A DNA stretch of 64,000 nucleotides, taken from NCBI GenBank assembly GCA_040756875.1, contig JBFLYH010000001.1, positions 1,024,001-1,088,000 on the forward strand, in the 5' to 3' direction. The position numbers and the translations under genes were made by a program. Shown one piece after another: positions 1 to 9,660 of the stretch; position 1 is the first letter of the stretch; the number at the start of each line of letters is the position of its first letter. The notes beneath the pieces are model-generated. The model worked only from the letters and a program-made list of their open reading frames with translations. It was not told the DNA's origin and searched no databases. The stretch comes from a candidate division FCPU426 bacterium (GTDB lineage: Bacteria; Oederibacteriota; JAAXVQ01; JAUVAV01).

Positions 1-3000
1 AGATTTACGTTCGCGCCTTCTCCGGCCAGCACGTACGGTTGCACGGCGAAATCCGTCACCAGCGGCGGTTTACGGTCCACGATGATGCCGGCGATGGATT
101 CCATAACGCCCACATTACCCGCGTCATCCTCGGGCACGAGCATCAGGGTGTAAACGCCGTCCGGGATATTCATGAAGGGATTGGTCAAGTCCCAGGCAAA
201 ATAATTATTGGGATTGGTTTGGTAGATGGGCTCGTTATTTTCGTCCACATCCACCACGCGTCTATTTTGCGCATAAGCCCGTTGCGCGCCGTAGTAGGAT
301 AGGTTTTTTGTCTCGTTATACATCACGAATTTTACCGAGCAATCCCCATCCACCGAATATTTGACGTAAAAGCCGTTAAAATCATTGTTAACCCGGTTGT
401 CCGTGATCGGCGTTTGCGCCGTGTCCATTCTAAGCAGGGTCAGGCCGGGCAAAATCACCGGCGGCGTGAGGTCTATTTTAAAGGGTTTTGTCTGCCCGCC
501 CTGGTTCCCGGCTAAGTCCTTGGTTTCGACGACCAGCTCATAGTCGCCCGCAGCCACGAACATGGGATGGTCTCCGGAAGTTTTATAATCCCAGCTGAAC
601 AGGGCCGATCCAACGGAGCGGGTTTGCATGGTTTCGGAATAAACCGCGATATGATCCCCTGCGCGGCGTATCGTTATCCGCGTTTCGCTGAGCAAAGGCG
701 ACAGATTGTCGCTGATTTCATACCGCACCCGCAACCGTTCCGGCGCTTCAGGCGCCGTATGGGTGAAAGCCAGATTATCCGCCATTTTAATATCCACCAA
801 CGGAGCTTCGTCGTCAAAATAGAACCCCCAGGCGCTTTGGCTCTCCTTGCCCACCTCGTCTTTGGCTTTGATCAGGATGGTGTAGTAACCGTTGGATAGA
901 TCCGCTTCCTGCGCAGCCAGGCGGAAGGTCAGCTTTTCAGGGGTAACCGCAAGTACTTCGGCATCCAGGCTTTCCGCTTCGGCGGTCGCGGTGTTCACTT
1001 TCTGCAATGCAATGCCGATATTGCCAGCGGGTATATTATTGTTGATGTCCGTATTGTAAATAATGGCGGACATCACCGGGCGTTTTTCCCTGATAAAAGC
1101 CTCATACGTGGGATAATTCGGCGCGATCTGGATGGGCATCATGTCCAGATTGATCTGAAACACCTGCCTGGCGATTCCGCCATATTTGTTTTCCGCGACC
1201 AAGACCACGGTATTGATGCCCTCGAGCAGATTGATGGGCTTGTCTGCGGTGCTATACAATTGAAAGACTCCGTCTTCGGTAACCGGCGCTTCCCAGAAAA
1301 CTTCGTAGTTAAAGGACACCTTCAATTTGCAAAAAGCTACATTGCTGTCTTGAATGATCCCGCGCAGGCCTCGATAGGGTTTATCTATGCTGATGCGGCC
1401 TATATCCTGGACCTGTTGGTCTTTGGTCAGCATGTATAGCCCCACTCCCGGGTGGGTGCGGGGCGTTACGGCGCATTCATGCAAAGGTTTGCCGTTGATT
1501 TCAAGCCCGTAGATTTTTGGCCTTTCCATGGAAATGAGTTTGGCGATCTCTTCGCTGGCATTGGGGCCCGAGAAATGCCAGCCTTTGACTTCCACCTGCT
1601 TTTCTACCGTTTGCGGGGTTGATTTATTCAGTCCCATAAGCCGGCTCAGCGCCAGAGGCGAGCCTTCGGTTACGCCGTCCGTGTTGATGACATAATCCGT
1701 GGCAAGATAGGCCAGCGCCCCCACGATCACCGCGCCCGGAAGCCCGCCGGGGATATTAATGGATATGGAAGGTATCCATGAAATAAGTTTGTTAAGATCA
1801 GGCAGGTTTTGCAGGATAAATTCTTTGACATGATTGCGCAAGGGGATCTGGATTTTTTCGCGAAGCAGCAGGTCCACTTCGCTGTTGACCCAGCGGATGG
1901 GCATTTTGCGCAGGTCTTCCAGAGGAATGAACAGCATTTCGATTTCCTTGTCCAGTGCGGCATATAGCTGGTCCGCATCGCGCGTTTCCGGCATGGCGGT
2001 GATAATGGCTGATGTCTGATTGCCAACCACTGTGTTTATGTTGTTCTGTATATTGCTCACGGACGCAATCAGGCTGTTTATCCGGTTTTCTATTTCCACG
2101 GTGGGTATCCAATTGCGGATTTCGGCTGATATGGCGTTGCTGACCTTGTCCTTGGTTTGCGAACCAAAAGCGTTCTGTATGATTTTACCCACGTCGTTTT
2201 GCAAGGGATGGTTGATGAAATTATTCAGGTCATTGACGCTTCCCTGCTGTAATTGGCTTTTCAAGTCCTCAAGCGGCCCTCTAAACCATTCGGCCGCGGT
2301 ATTGGTCGGGTTGGTTATATATTTACTTACAAATTCATCCACGGTTTGAGCAACAACCTGTTTATAGGTGAGGAAATCCGTGCCGGTTCTGGCCAGCAGT
2401 TCCTGCATTCTGTTTCGCACCTCTTGCTTGACCGCATCTTTCAACCAGGCATCGTACATGAGCTGTTTTTCCGCGTTTTCCAACACTTCGTTGATTTTAT
2501 TCTTGATGGGCTTGAATACCGAGCGTTCCAGCTCCTCCTCCAGCTTGCTGGTAAGTATTTCCGCCACTTCTTCATTTAAATTGTTATAGGTTTTGCTTTT
2601 TAAATCGAATAATTTCACGCCGGTATATTGCCCGCTGGCTCCCAATGCTGCAAATCCCGCGACAATGATCACCTGAATTCCGGGGTCCATATCCGGCCAC
2701 AATCGTGTGACCACACTGGAGGTAGGTATATTTATATCCTCGGTGTTGAACTGGTTTAAGTCTTTCATGAAGTCCGAGCCTGACTGAAAGTTCCCGGCAT
2801 AATCAAAACGTCCCAGAGCTAGTCCGATGAGATTCAGGGGATTAATCACTAAATCGTTACGGTTGCTGGTGCGTAAAAACGATAAAAAACTCAAGTCAGG
2901 CCCGTATGCTCCCCAACGGTTTTCCAATTGAGTTAACAGGTTGTTCAACCCTAGTTTTTCGAGCCAGGGAACCACGGGCGAAAACAGCAGGTTTACGGCG

Positions 3001-6000
3001 TAGGATTGGGTCGCCATGGGAAGGCTGTTGACGCCATTCAAAGGAGTGCCGATAGTGACGAGTTTTGCGATCTTGTCAATGGGTGTATTTTCCTGCAAAT
3101 ATTTTTTCGCCAATATCCCGGCCTCGCCCCAGGCCATAATGGTGACTTTCTCAGTCCTGGATCTAATATAATTTTCAATTTGGTTCTTAATGGAATCCAA
3201 TTGCAGGTCAATGCTTCCCCATTTCTGTTCTCCATAGATATTGCCCATGCGAAAATCGATGCCGCTGTTTATTTCGCCCAGCCCGGAAAATATCCCGCCG
3301 ATGGAGCTCAAACTGCCGAAAAGGTTGCGCAAGCCGCCGAATTCAATCCCTCCCAGGGAAAAAAGGCTTGAAAGCATAAAATTGAGATTACTAGTGCCGC
3401 TGTTCTCCCTTATGTTTTGCGTGGTCGTGGCGTTTGTGTTGCTTTCATGAGTGGTTGCCGGTTGGTTTACATTGAAAGAATGGGTATTGTCGCTAACACC
3501 GTTTCCATAAGCGTTCTCGGCGTATATTTCAATTTGCACATCGCCGTAAACGTGGTTGCCTTGTTCATCTTCGGCGTTCCATTTAAACTTCAGGCTTTGA
3601 TCGCCGGCAACTTCCACATCAGGAACCGGCTTGCCTTGGGCCAGCATGTTCACCAGAGAACCCGAAGGCTTAAGGTACTTGAAGTACCAGGTTCTAAGCT
3701 GTCTTCCGTTTTGCACCAGCCGCACGTGCAGGCGGTATAAATAGTTCATGGAATCCGTGACGCGCAGGCTCATGAATTGCTGGGCTGCCGAGCAGGTAAT
3801 GCTCTCCGCGGGGGTGGCCGAAGTTTGTATAGTTTCATCGCTGAATTTGACTGTTTTTGCATAATTCTTGGTTTCTTCGTTGCCTGCCGCGTCCATAAAA
3901 GTGATTTTTGGGGCCAGGAGACTCTGCGTGCCGGTCAACCCGCTAAAATCCAGTTCAGCCGACCATTTGGTTTTTTCGTCCGTTGTATCGTCGTCCGCCT
4001 CTTGCACGGCATTGGCTTTAATCGAGATGCTCCCGTCGCTGTTTTTAACCTCGACCGACGGGGGCATTTCGGGGTTGATGTTCTTTTCTTCGATTTCGAA
4101 TTTGAATTTGTATTTGCGTTTGCCGAGAAGGTACTGGGTGTCCGCGGTGTCCACTTCCGTGTTGTTGCTGACGCCGTTGGTGTCGGTGGTGTTGTTGACG
4201 CGGGTTATTTGGAGAGGGGTGAGAATGGGTTTTATCAGGTCCACCGTCAGTTCATATCGCCCATAAGTATTGGCATCATTTGGAAGTATTTCGCCGCTGG
4301 CCGTGCTCCCGTTATTGTCGTCCCTCCGTGCCGTTAATATAATTTCCACTTTTACGCCATCCGCAAATCCCAAGGAAGCTATATTAATGGTTTTGCCCCA
4401 GGTAAAATAAGGTATTTCATCTTTAACCCTGGTTAAGTTTCTAATGGGAGATGGAGGGCCCAGGGGTTCCGGGGTCGGAGCCGGAGTGGGTGTGGGGGTT
4501 ATTCCAAATACTTGGGTTTTATAAAGGTTGTAGATTTGCTCATTCGCTTGGCTCATGTACTTCAACGGCAACAAACTATCCAAGGCCAAGGTGACTTCCT
4601 TGCCGTTATGATTGGTTATTTTAACCGTCGGTTTTTGCGGTTCCTTGTCGATTTTTCTGTTGAACTGCACGGCTAGTTTGAGGTCGTCGGAATTAATGCA
4701 GGCCTGGGAATCTGAAGTTTTAGTAAAATGGGGGGCGTTATTTACTTTATTCCAGGTGCCGTCTATAACATTTCGATATTTGTCATTTCTCGTCTGTTTG
4801 GCAATGAGCCGCTCGACTGTTACGTCTTTAGAGTTGTCTATATGGATATCATAAGTCTTTTTAAATATCTTTGAACCCCGAACGTTTTTAGCGACGATGA
4901 TGATTTTTCCGTCTTGAAGTTCGGCATTATTTGCAAGGTCTTGTATTTTAGGAACACTGTTACTTCGTCCAGTCCCTTGTGCATTCCAGAGATCATCTTT
5001 ATCCCATTCTGTATATAGGAAGATATCATTTCCACATGGTATTTTCTTAATACTTTCCTCACCCTTAGGAACATATTCATCTATCGGGTAAAATAATTGA
5101 TAATATCCCGTTTTATCCCAGCTTTTTGTATAGTATGTGCCGATACCGGTTATCGAATTATAACCTGATTCAATATTTGTATTTATTGGTGATCCGGGTG
5201 TATAGGGTGTTGTGGCAAGACTGGTAGGTTTTCCTCCAAAACTGAATTGCTGGATAAGATGCTCGTCATCTTCTTCATCATAATATATTTTGACTTCCTC
5301 TAGGTCCGATTGACCTTCCAGGACAGGGTCACCATACGAATTAATAAAAACTCTCAAATAATAACCTTGGAAATCTTCAGTAAAAATGGGAACAACTGGT
5401 CTTTGCCATTCATGATATTTACCATTTGCAAGTTTTTCACCTAATAATCTAACATCGTATTCGGTTTCTCGATGAGGAATATTAAACATAGGATTGATAT
5501 TTACTCCCAATCCAGAATCAATGTGCAAGTGGACTGGGTACTCCTTGCCTTCTAATACCCACGTTTCAATTCCATTAATTGTTTTTATCGTCCATCCACC
5601 TGAATTTCCAACCGCTCCGATCCAATTATGAGTCGGCAACATAAGCGTGTTTCTTGTAACCGCGGCAATTGTTGTTCCCTTTTGCATTACAAAAGAATCC
5701 AAATCGCTTGGATAACGCACCTTTATTTCCGCTACAGGCCCGATAATGTATTTTGCTTTTTTATTTTCTTTGTCATCCCATATAATAACAGTATTATTCT
5801 TATTAACGTCCTTTATAAAGGAAAATGCTGGGTCTGTATTATTGGTATTGTTAGTATCAATATAAAGGTAATTATTTGTTCCGTTATGTGTGATCCCGCC
5901 AATAATGTAAGGGGTATTCCCCTTGTATATATAATCATTATTAAATAAATGCAGGTAGCGATACTCTCTTTTCCTATCTTCAGAACGAACCCTTATGAAT

Positions 6001-6245
6001 ATCAAATTAGAATCCTCGTCTTGCTCAACTTGAAGCACCGTACAATTTTCCATAGTCTTTGCGCCGCGGCCTTCCGGAATAGGAAGATCAATTGCTTTGT
6101 GATAATCAGGTTTACTTCCCAATAACCGCGGACCAAAATCATCCGAGAATCTAGTGGCTATCGACTCAACCGAAATTGCTATACCAGAAAATATTAGTAA
6201 AACTAATATTGTTATGAGTAGTACTCCGATTGCCTTACGTACCAT
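1..6245 (-). CDS. Very large secreted protein (>2,080 aa, 3' end outside window): N-terminal M23 metallopeptidase, Ig/FlgD-like domains, degenerate alpha/beta-hydrolase domain
   Basis: Translated by hand because it is absent from the ORF track. ATG at 6245 gives MVRKAIGVLLITILVLLIFSGIAIS (signal peptide), then M23 motifs HKAID, YRYLHL, IGAVGNSG and VHLHI. Later come PTPTPAPTP, repeated D-x-AGN Ig-like motifs and a FlgD-like KFKWNAEDEQG. Frame checked at 3137 and at 59; I saw no stop codon down to position 1. Confidence 0.88.
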   Translation of the reverse strand, partial: MVRKAIGVLLITILVLLIFSGIAISVESIATRFSDDFGPRLLGSKPDYHKAIDLPIPEGRGAKTMENCTVLQVEQDEDSNLIFIRVRSEDRKREYRYLHLFNNDYIYKGNTPYIIGGITHNGTNNYLYIDTNNTNNTDPAFSFIKDVNKNNTVIIWDDKENKKAKYIIGPVAEIKVRYPSDLDSFVMQKGTTIAAVTRNTLMLPTHNWIGAVGNSGGWTIKTINGIETWVLEGKEYPVHLHIDSGLGVNINPMFNIPHRETEYDVRLLGEKLANGKYHEWQRPVVPIFTEDFQGYYLRVFINSYGDPVLEGQSDLEEVKIYYDEEDDEHLIQQFSFGGKPTSLATTPYTPGSPINTNIESGYNSITGIGTYYTKSWDKTGYYQLFYPIDEYVPKGEESIKKIPCGNDIFLYTEWDKDDLWNAQGTGRSNSVPKIQDLANNAELQDGKIIIVAKNVRGSKIFKKTYDIHIDNSKDVTVERLIAKQTRNDKYRNVIDGTWNKVNNAPHFTKTSDSQACINSDDLKLAVQFNRKIDKEPQKPTVKITNHNGKEVTLALDSLLPLKYMSQANEQIYNLYKTQVFGITPTPTPAPTPEPLGPPSPIRNLTRVKDEIPYFTWGKTINIASLGFADGVKVEIILTARRDDNNGSTASGEILPNDANTYGRYELTVDLIKPILTPLQITRVNNTTDTNGVSNNTEVDTADTQYLLGKRKYKFKFEIEEKNINPEMPPSVEVKNSDGSISIKANAVQEADDDTTDEKTKWSAELDFSGLTGTQSLLAPKITFMDAAGNEETKNYAKTVKFSDETIQTSATPAESITCSAAQQFMSLRVTDSMNYLYRLHVRLVQNGRQLRTWYFKYLKPSGSLVNMLAQGKPVPDVEVAGDQSLKFKWNAEDEQGNHVYGDVQIEIYAENAYGNGVSDNTHSFNVNQPATTHESNTNATTTQNIRENSGTSNLNFMLSSLFSLGGIEFGGLRNLFGSLSSIGGIFSGLGEINSGIDFRMGNIYGEQKWGSIDLQLDSIKNQIENYIRSRTEKVTIMAWGEAGILAKKYLQENTPIDKIAKLVTIGTPLNGVNSLPMATQSYAVNLLFSPVVPWLEKLGLNNLLTQLENRWGAYGPDLSFLSFLRTSNRNDLVINPLNLIGLALGRFDYAGNFQSGSDFMKDLNQFNTEDINIPTSSVVTRLWPDMDPGIQVIIVAGFAALGASGQYTGVKLFDLKSKTYNNLNEEVAEILTSKLEEELERSVFKPIKNKINEVLENAEKQLMYDAWLKDAVKQEVRNRMQELLARTGTDFLTYKQVVAQTVDEFVSKYITNPTNTAAEWFRGPLEDLKSQLQQGSVNDLNNFINHPLQNDVGKIIQNAFGSQTKDKVSNAISAEIRNWIPTVEIENRINSLIASVSNIQNNINTVVGNQTSAIITAMPETRDADQLYAALDKEIEMLFIPLEDLRKMPIRWVNSEVDLLLREKIQIPLRNHVKEFILQNLPDLNKLISWIPSISINIPGGLPGAVIVGALAYLATDYVINTDGVTEGSPLALSRLMGLNKSTPQTVEKQVEVKGWHFSGPNASEEIAKLISMERPKIYGLEINGKPLHECAVTPRTHPGVGLYMLTKDQQVQDIGRISIDKPYRGLRGIIQDSNVAFCKLKVSFNYEVFWEAPVTEDGVFQLYSTADKPINLLEGINTVVLVAENKYGGIARQVFQINLDMMPIQIAPNYPTYEAFIREKRPVMSAIIYNTDINNNIPAGNIGIALQKVNTATAEAESLDAEVLAVTPEKLTFRLAAQEADLSNGYYTILIKAKDEVGKESQSAWGFYFDDEAPLVDIKMADNLAFTHTAPEAPERLRVRYEISDNLSPLLSETRITIRRAGDHIAVYSETMQTRSVGSALFSWDYKTSGDHPMFVAAGDYELVVETKDLAGNQGGQTKPFKIDLTPPVILPGLTLLRMDTAQTPITDNRVNNDFNGFYVKYSVDGDCSVKFVMYNETKNLSYYGAQRAYAQNRRVVDVDENNEPIYQTNPNNYFAWDLTNPFMNIPDGVYTLMLVPEDDAGNVGVMESIAGIIVDRKPPLVTDFAVQPYVLAGEGANVN

Positions 6246-6261
6246 AATACACCCCATAAAA

Positions 6262-7125
6262 CTATTTTCCCAAAGGTCGGAAAACCTCATAATATTCATC
6301 TTTTTCCTGGTTGTATCTTTCAATTACAATAGTCCCATTATCTAATATCCGCGAAACATGATAATCAATTTGTCCAACATCATATTTATTGTGGTTTTTT
6401 AAGTTTTGAATTTTATAAGAATCTAGGTTTGCACCAGACCTAAATAATAACCATTCACCGTTGTCAGATATTCTGCTGAAATTTCTCGCTATTAGATTTT
6501 CTTCAATTTCTTTAATCACGTTTCCATCTTGATCCAGTACTGTTATTTTAGATAGTGGTGGTTTTTGTTTGACTTCCCAACTTACACCTTCAAGTATTGC
6601 GGGGCTTCCTTTGAAGCAAATTATATATTTCCCGTTTTCGGAAATATAAGTAGGTATGCCTTCAACCGTTTTAATGAAGTAGACCTTGCCAGTGGCATCT
6701 AAAAGGTTGACTTTATAGGTTTGCCGGGAATAATATCCGGTTTTGTAATGATAATCTGGAGGGACCATCCTGACATCCGCGACATAGAGAGCCATGAAGG
6801 TTTTGGGGTGGTTTAGAATGTATTCTGTAGTTACCCGTCTTTGCGTTTTCTCAGTCAAACCAATTTCCGCAGGCACTACAAAGGAATTGATGGTATTGCC
6901 TGCGTTATCATGAATATAAATGACATTTTCTCCAGTTTGTGCTTGGGAGCCGTTCGTAGATGCTGCGCTAACGCCGGCTTTTTTCTCCATCGTTACTTTT
7001 TCAAATGTTTTTATTTTTTCTTTATTATCCGTTTGTTCTTGAGCCTGAGTGCCCTGCGCCCAAACATATAACGGCGTCATCGCAAGGGTCATGGCGCAAA
7101 ATATTGTCATTGCCTTTTTCATCAT
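6262..7125 (-). CDS. Secreted hypothetical protein directly upstream of the giant M23 gene (candidate partner/immunity protein)
   Basis: 304-aa ORF in the track. Better start is ATG 7125 (MMKKAMTIF...VWA signal peptide) after a GGAGG RBS. The C-terminus has beta-rich ISENG/ISDNG repeats. Confidence 0.75.
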   Translation of the reverse strand: MMKKAMTIFCAMTLAMTPLYVWAQGTQAQEQTDNKEKIKTFEKVTMEKKAGVSAASTNGSQAQTGENVIYIHDNAGNTINSFVVPAEIGLTEKTQRRVTTEYILNHPKTFMALYVADVRMVPPDYHYKTGYYSRQTYKVNLLDATGKVYFIKTVEGIPTYISENGKYIICFKGSPAILEGVSWEVKQKPPLSKITVLDQDGNVIKEIEENLIARNFSRISDNGEWLLFRSGANLDSYKIQNLKNHNKYDVGQIDYHVSRILDNGTIVIERYNQEKDEYYEVFRPLGK

Positions 7126-7176
7126 CCCTGCCTCCTGTTGGTGTTGTTTCAATATCATAGTGATATTTCTAATCAA

Positions 7177-7884
7177 TTAATTCCTCTCCACTTTCCTATT
7201 CTCCATCACTATCCCGCTCGCAATATCCCCGCCTGGGGTGATGATGCGGGCGAAGATCTTTTTAGGAACCCACAAACCGCTTTTATTCTCATAGGTCATT
7301 TTAAATTGCATGGGTGGGATGGTCTCGAAGCCGATAAAATCTATCTGCGTTACCAGGCCCCGTTCTTTCTCAAATAGCACCTCTAAAGCTTTTACATTGC
7401 GCACGGTTTTTTCGTCCGCAATATTGCCTTCGGCGTCTTTCCTGTATCCAATTATTTTCACCAACCCGGACTGGGCTGGCTGGTTTTTCTCATCAATAAC
7501 CAAGTAAAATTGCTTGATAAAATGATAGTAATAAATATCGCTGTTCATGCCGGCAGTAGTTTCGCCTTGCTGTACCGGGCTGAAGGGTCCGCCGTTGATG
7601 CTTACCAGCACTTCGCCGCCGTTGATTTTGACTGTATTGTGACTGGGCTCGGTGAACTCCATTACAACCTGATTGGGGGCATTGTAAGTGTATTGCCCCT
7701 TTTGCTTGATTGTCAGGTCACCGACTCCAAATATTGACAGGCTGAAATCCGCTTCGATGGTTTTAACTTTATCTTGGTGGGCTTTTAGACTATCCAGCAG
7801 GCTTTGGCTGGTGGGTACATCGGCCCTGGCTGGCGCGCTGACCAACAGAGGGATTAGTATTACGAGTCCAAGATGCTTGTTCAC
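7177..7884 (-). CDS. LolA-like / outer-membrane lipoprotein-sorting family periplasmic protein
   Basis: Signal peptide ending ARA, followed by 'KVKTIEADFS...QKGQYTYNAPNQVVMEFTEP', a LolA-like pattern. Paralog at 19944-20651. Confidence 0.65.
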   Translation of the reverse strand: MNKHLGLVILIPLLVSAPARADVPTSQSLLDSLKAHQDKVKTIEADFSLSIFGVGDLTIKQKGQYTYNAPNQVVMEFTEPSHNTVKINGGEVLVSINGGPFSPVQQGETTAGMNSDIYYYHFIKQFYLVIDEKNQPAQSGLVKIIGYRKDAEGNIADEKTVRNVKALEVLFEKERGLVTQIDFIGFETIPPMQFKMTYENKSGLWVPKKIFARIITPGGDIASGIVMENRKVERN

Positions 7885-7980
7885 TTAAGCATCCCCCTTT
7901 TGTTCTAATTATTTAGACTGTTAAAACATTTTTTCCTTTTATCTTTTTTCATATTTTTTATACCCGCGAATAGTTTGTTT

Positions 7981-9579
7981 TCACGGGCGAACCAGTGCGA
8001 TTTTCCTTATTTTCAGAGCTCTTTCTCCACCGTCTCCTTTGATCTTGGTTCGCACCAGGTAGATGCCCGGTGCAATTCCTTCACAATCCCAGGCTACTGT
8101 CGCGGTTCCCGAGGCGTTCACTTGCTCCCTGATTTCAGCGACCTTAGTACCGGTTATGTTATAGATTGTGATTTCGACCTCCGCATCTTCAGCCACATTT
8201 ATGAGGAAACTCATGCGCTCTGTGGCGGGGTTCGGATAGGCGAGCACTTCGTCATTACCTACGAGTGCTGGCGGCGTATTTGTCGGCGTGATCGTCCGCG
8301 TGGGCGAGATAGTATAGGTGGGGGTAATCGTTGGGGTCGGGGTATGGGTGGGGGTTATGGTAGAAGTTGGAGAAATAGTCGAGGTGGGGCTGATGGTCGA
8401 GGTGGGAGAAATGGTAAAAGTGGGGGTAGGCGTAGGGAAAATGTAATGTTTGACGTAATCTCGTACAATAGCCCCGTCATCTTCTGGCCAAACGGCATAT
8501 GGTCTGCCAAATCCATCAATACAAAATGCACCGGCATACGCTTTTTCATTTAAATTAAAGTTTAACTCTCCTCCATCTCGAATCCAATTTACCCCATCGA
8601 AATGTTTTACATAATTGAATTGATCAGGCGTATGCGTTTCGGTCCAAAATACAAAAGGTGTATTGTTATAAACCTCAATATTGGGTCGACCAGCATTTTT
8701 ACTTGAGTCTACATTCAAACTCCCACCCAATTGCTCCCACGACGCGCCATTGTAGCGTTCGCAATAGATGTGCCAGATATATGGCGGACCTACTACCCCC
8801 TGATAGGTAACATAGGGAGTTCCATTATCTATATCAATCGTTGGATATTCTGCGCTTCCGGCATTGTTCAATGCACCTCCCAATGCAATCCAATCCGCGC
8901 CGTTATAGTACCTTACCCTGGTCCTCCCCAGGCCTTCTTGGTAGGCAACATAGGGTGTATTATTATCCATAGCAACATCCGCGTTATACACTCCCTCGCC
9001 CACGCCATTAACATAGCTCGAACCCACCTGTTCCCAATCCGTTCCATTATATTTTTTCATGTACGCTTTGCCGAGCTCAACCCAGACCACATAGGGTGTG
9101 TCATTGTAGCCCGCGATGTTGGGCACGGTTCCATCCGTGCTAGGTGTAAGGTTGAGATAGCTGCCTCCCACTTGCTCCCAATCCGTGCCGGTGTACTTCT
9201 TGACGTAAACCAGATTGGTGTTCCCACCTGCCTCGGCCCAGGCCACATACGGCGTGCCGTTCAAAATGGCAATATCCGGCGTATCCGCATCCATGGCCGG
9301 GTTCATGTTCAAGCTGCCTCCCAATTGCGTCCATTGAATGCCGTTGTAGCGTTTGACGTAAACCTGGTACGCCGAGCCGTTGCTCTCTTTCCAGGTGACG
9401 TACGGCGTTTCGCCGTCCGCGGCTATGCGCGGATAATAGGCGTTTTGGCTGGGATTGATGTTCAGGCTGCCATTGGGTCCGATATCTCCGTCCAATACCC
9501 AATCAGCATGTGCGGTTGCAGAGGCAAATAACAATAACGGCAGAACCAGGCGCCATGATCTTGGCATGGTCATTCGCAT
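7981..9579 (-). CDS. Secreted 7-repeat beta-propeller (lectin-like) with Pro/Thr linker and T9SS type-A/FlgD-like C-terminal domain
   Basis: Signal peptide (AHA); seven ~50-aa repeats W-x-Q-x-GGSLN...TPYV-x-W-x-E...YVK; PT/ISPT linker; C-terminal YPNPA...IYNITG...WD...GIYL. Confidence 0.85.
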   Translation of the reverse strand: MRMTMPRSWRLVLPLLLFASATAHADWVLDGDIGPNGSLNINPSQNAYYPRIAADGETPYVTWKESNGSAYQVYVKRYNGIQWTQLGGSLNMNPAMDADTPDIAILNGTPYVAWAEAGGNTNLVYVKKYTGTDWEQVGGSYLNLTPSTDGTVPNIAGYNDTPYVVWVELGKAYMKKYNGTDWEQVGSSYVNGVGEGVYNADVAMDNNTPYVAYQEGLGRTRVRYYNGADWIALGGALNNAGSAEYPTIDIDNGTPYVTYQGVVGPPYIWHIYCERYNGASWEQLGGSLNVDSSKNAGRPNIEVYNNTPFVFWTETHTPDQFNYVKHFDGVNWIRDGGELNFNLNEKAYAGAFCIDGFGRPYAVWPEDDGAIVRDYVKHYIFPTPTPTFTISPTSTISPTSTISPTSTITPTHTPTPTITPTYTISPTRTITPTNTPPALVGNDEVLAYPNPATERMSFLINVAEDAEVEITIYNITGTKVAEIREQVNASGTATVAWDCEGIAPGIYLVRTKIKGDGGERALKIRKIALVRP

Positions 9580-9660
9580 CTCGACCCCTCGGCTGATGTA
9601 GTAGATGGCGAGGTTTTAAGTATAGCACATCTTCCCTTGCCCATCAAATTAGGCACCCCC
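9576..9660. repeat. 85-bp direct repeat, copy 1 (promoter + RBS + start codon of the propeller gene)
   Basis: Matches 15672-15756 with a single mismatch. Confidence 0.95.
9619..9647 (-). promoter_or_regulatory. Putative sigma70 promoter TTGATG-17-TATACT with extended -10
   Basis: On the minus strand: TTGATG GGCAAGGGAAGATGTGC TATACT, then a GAGGGG RBS before ATG 9579. Confidence 0.7.

Noticed and set aside
39-6345. Plus-strand and short ORFs in the track
   Set aside because: They are antisense or out-of-frame shadows of the long minus-strand M23 ORF and have no motifs.
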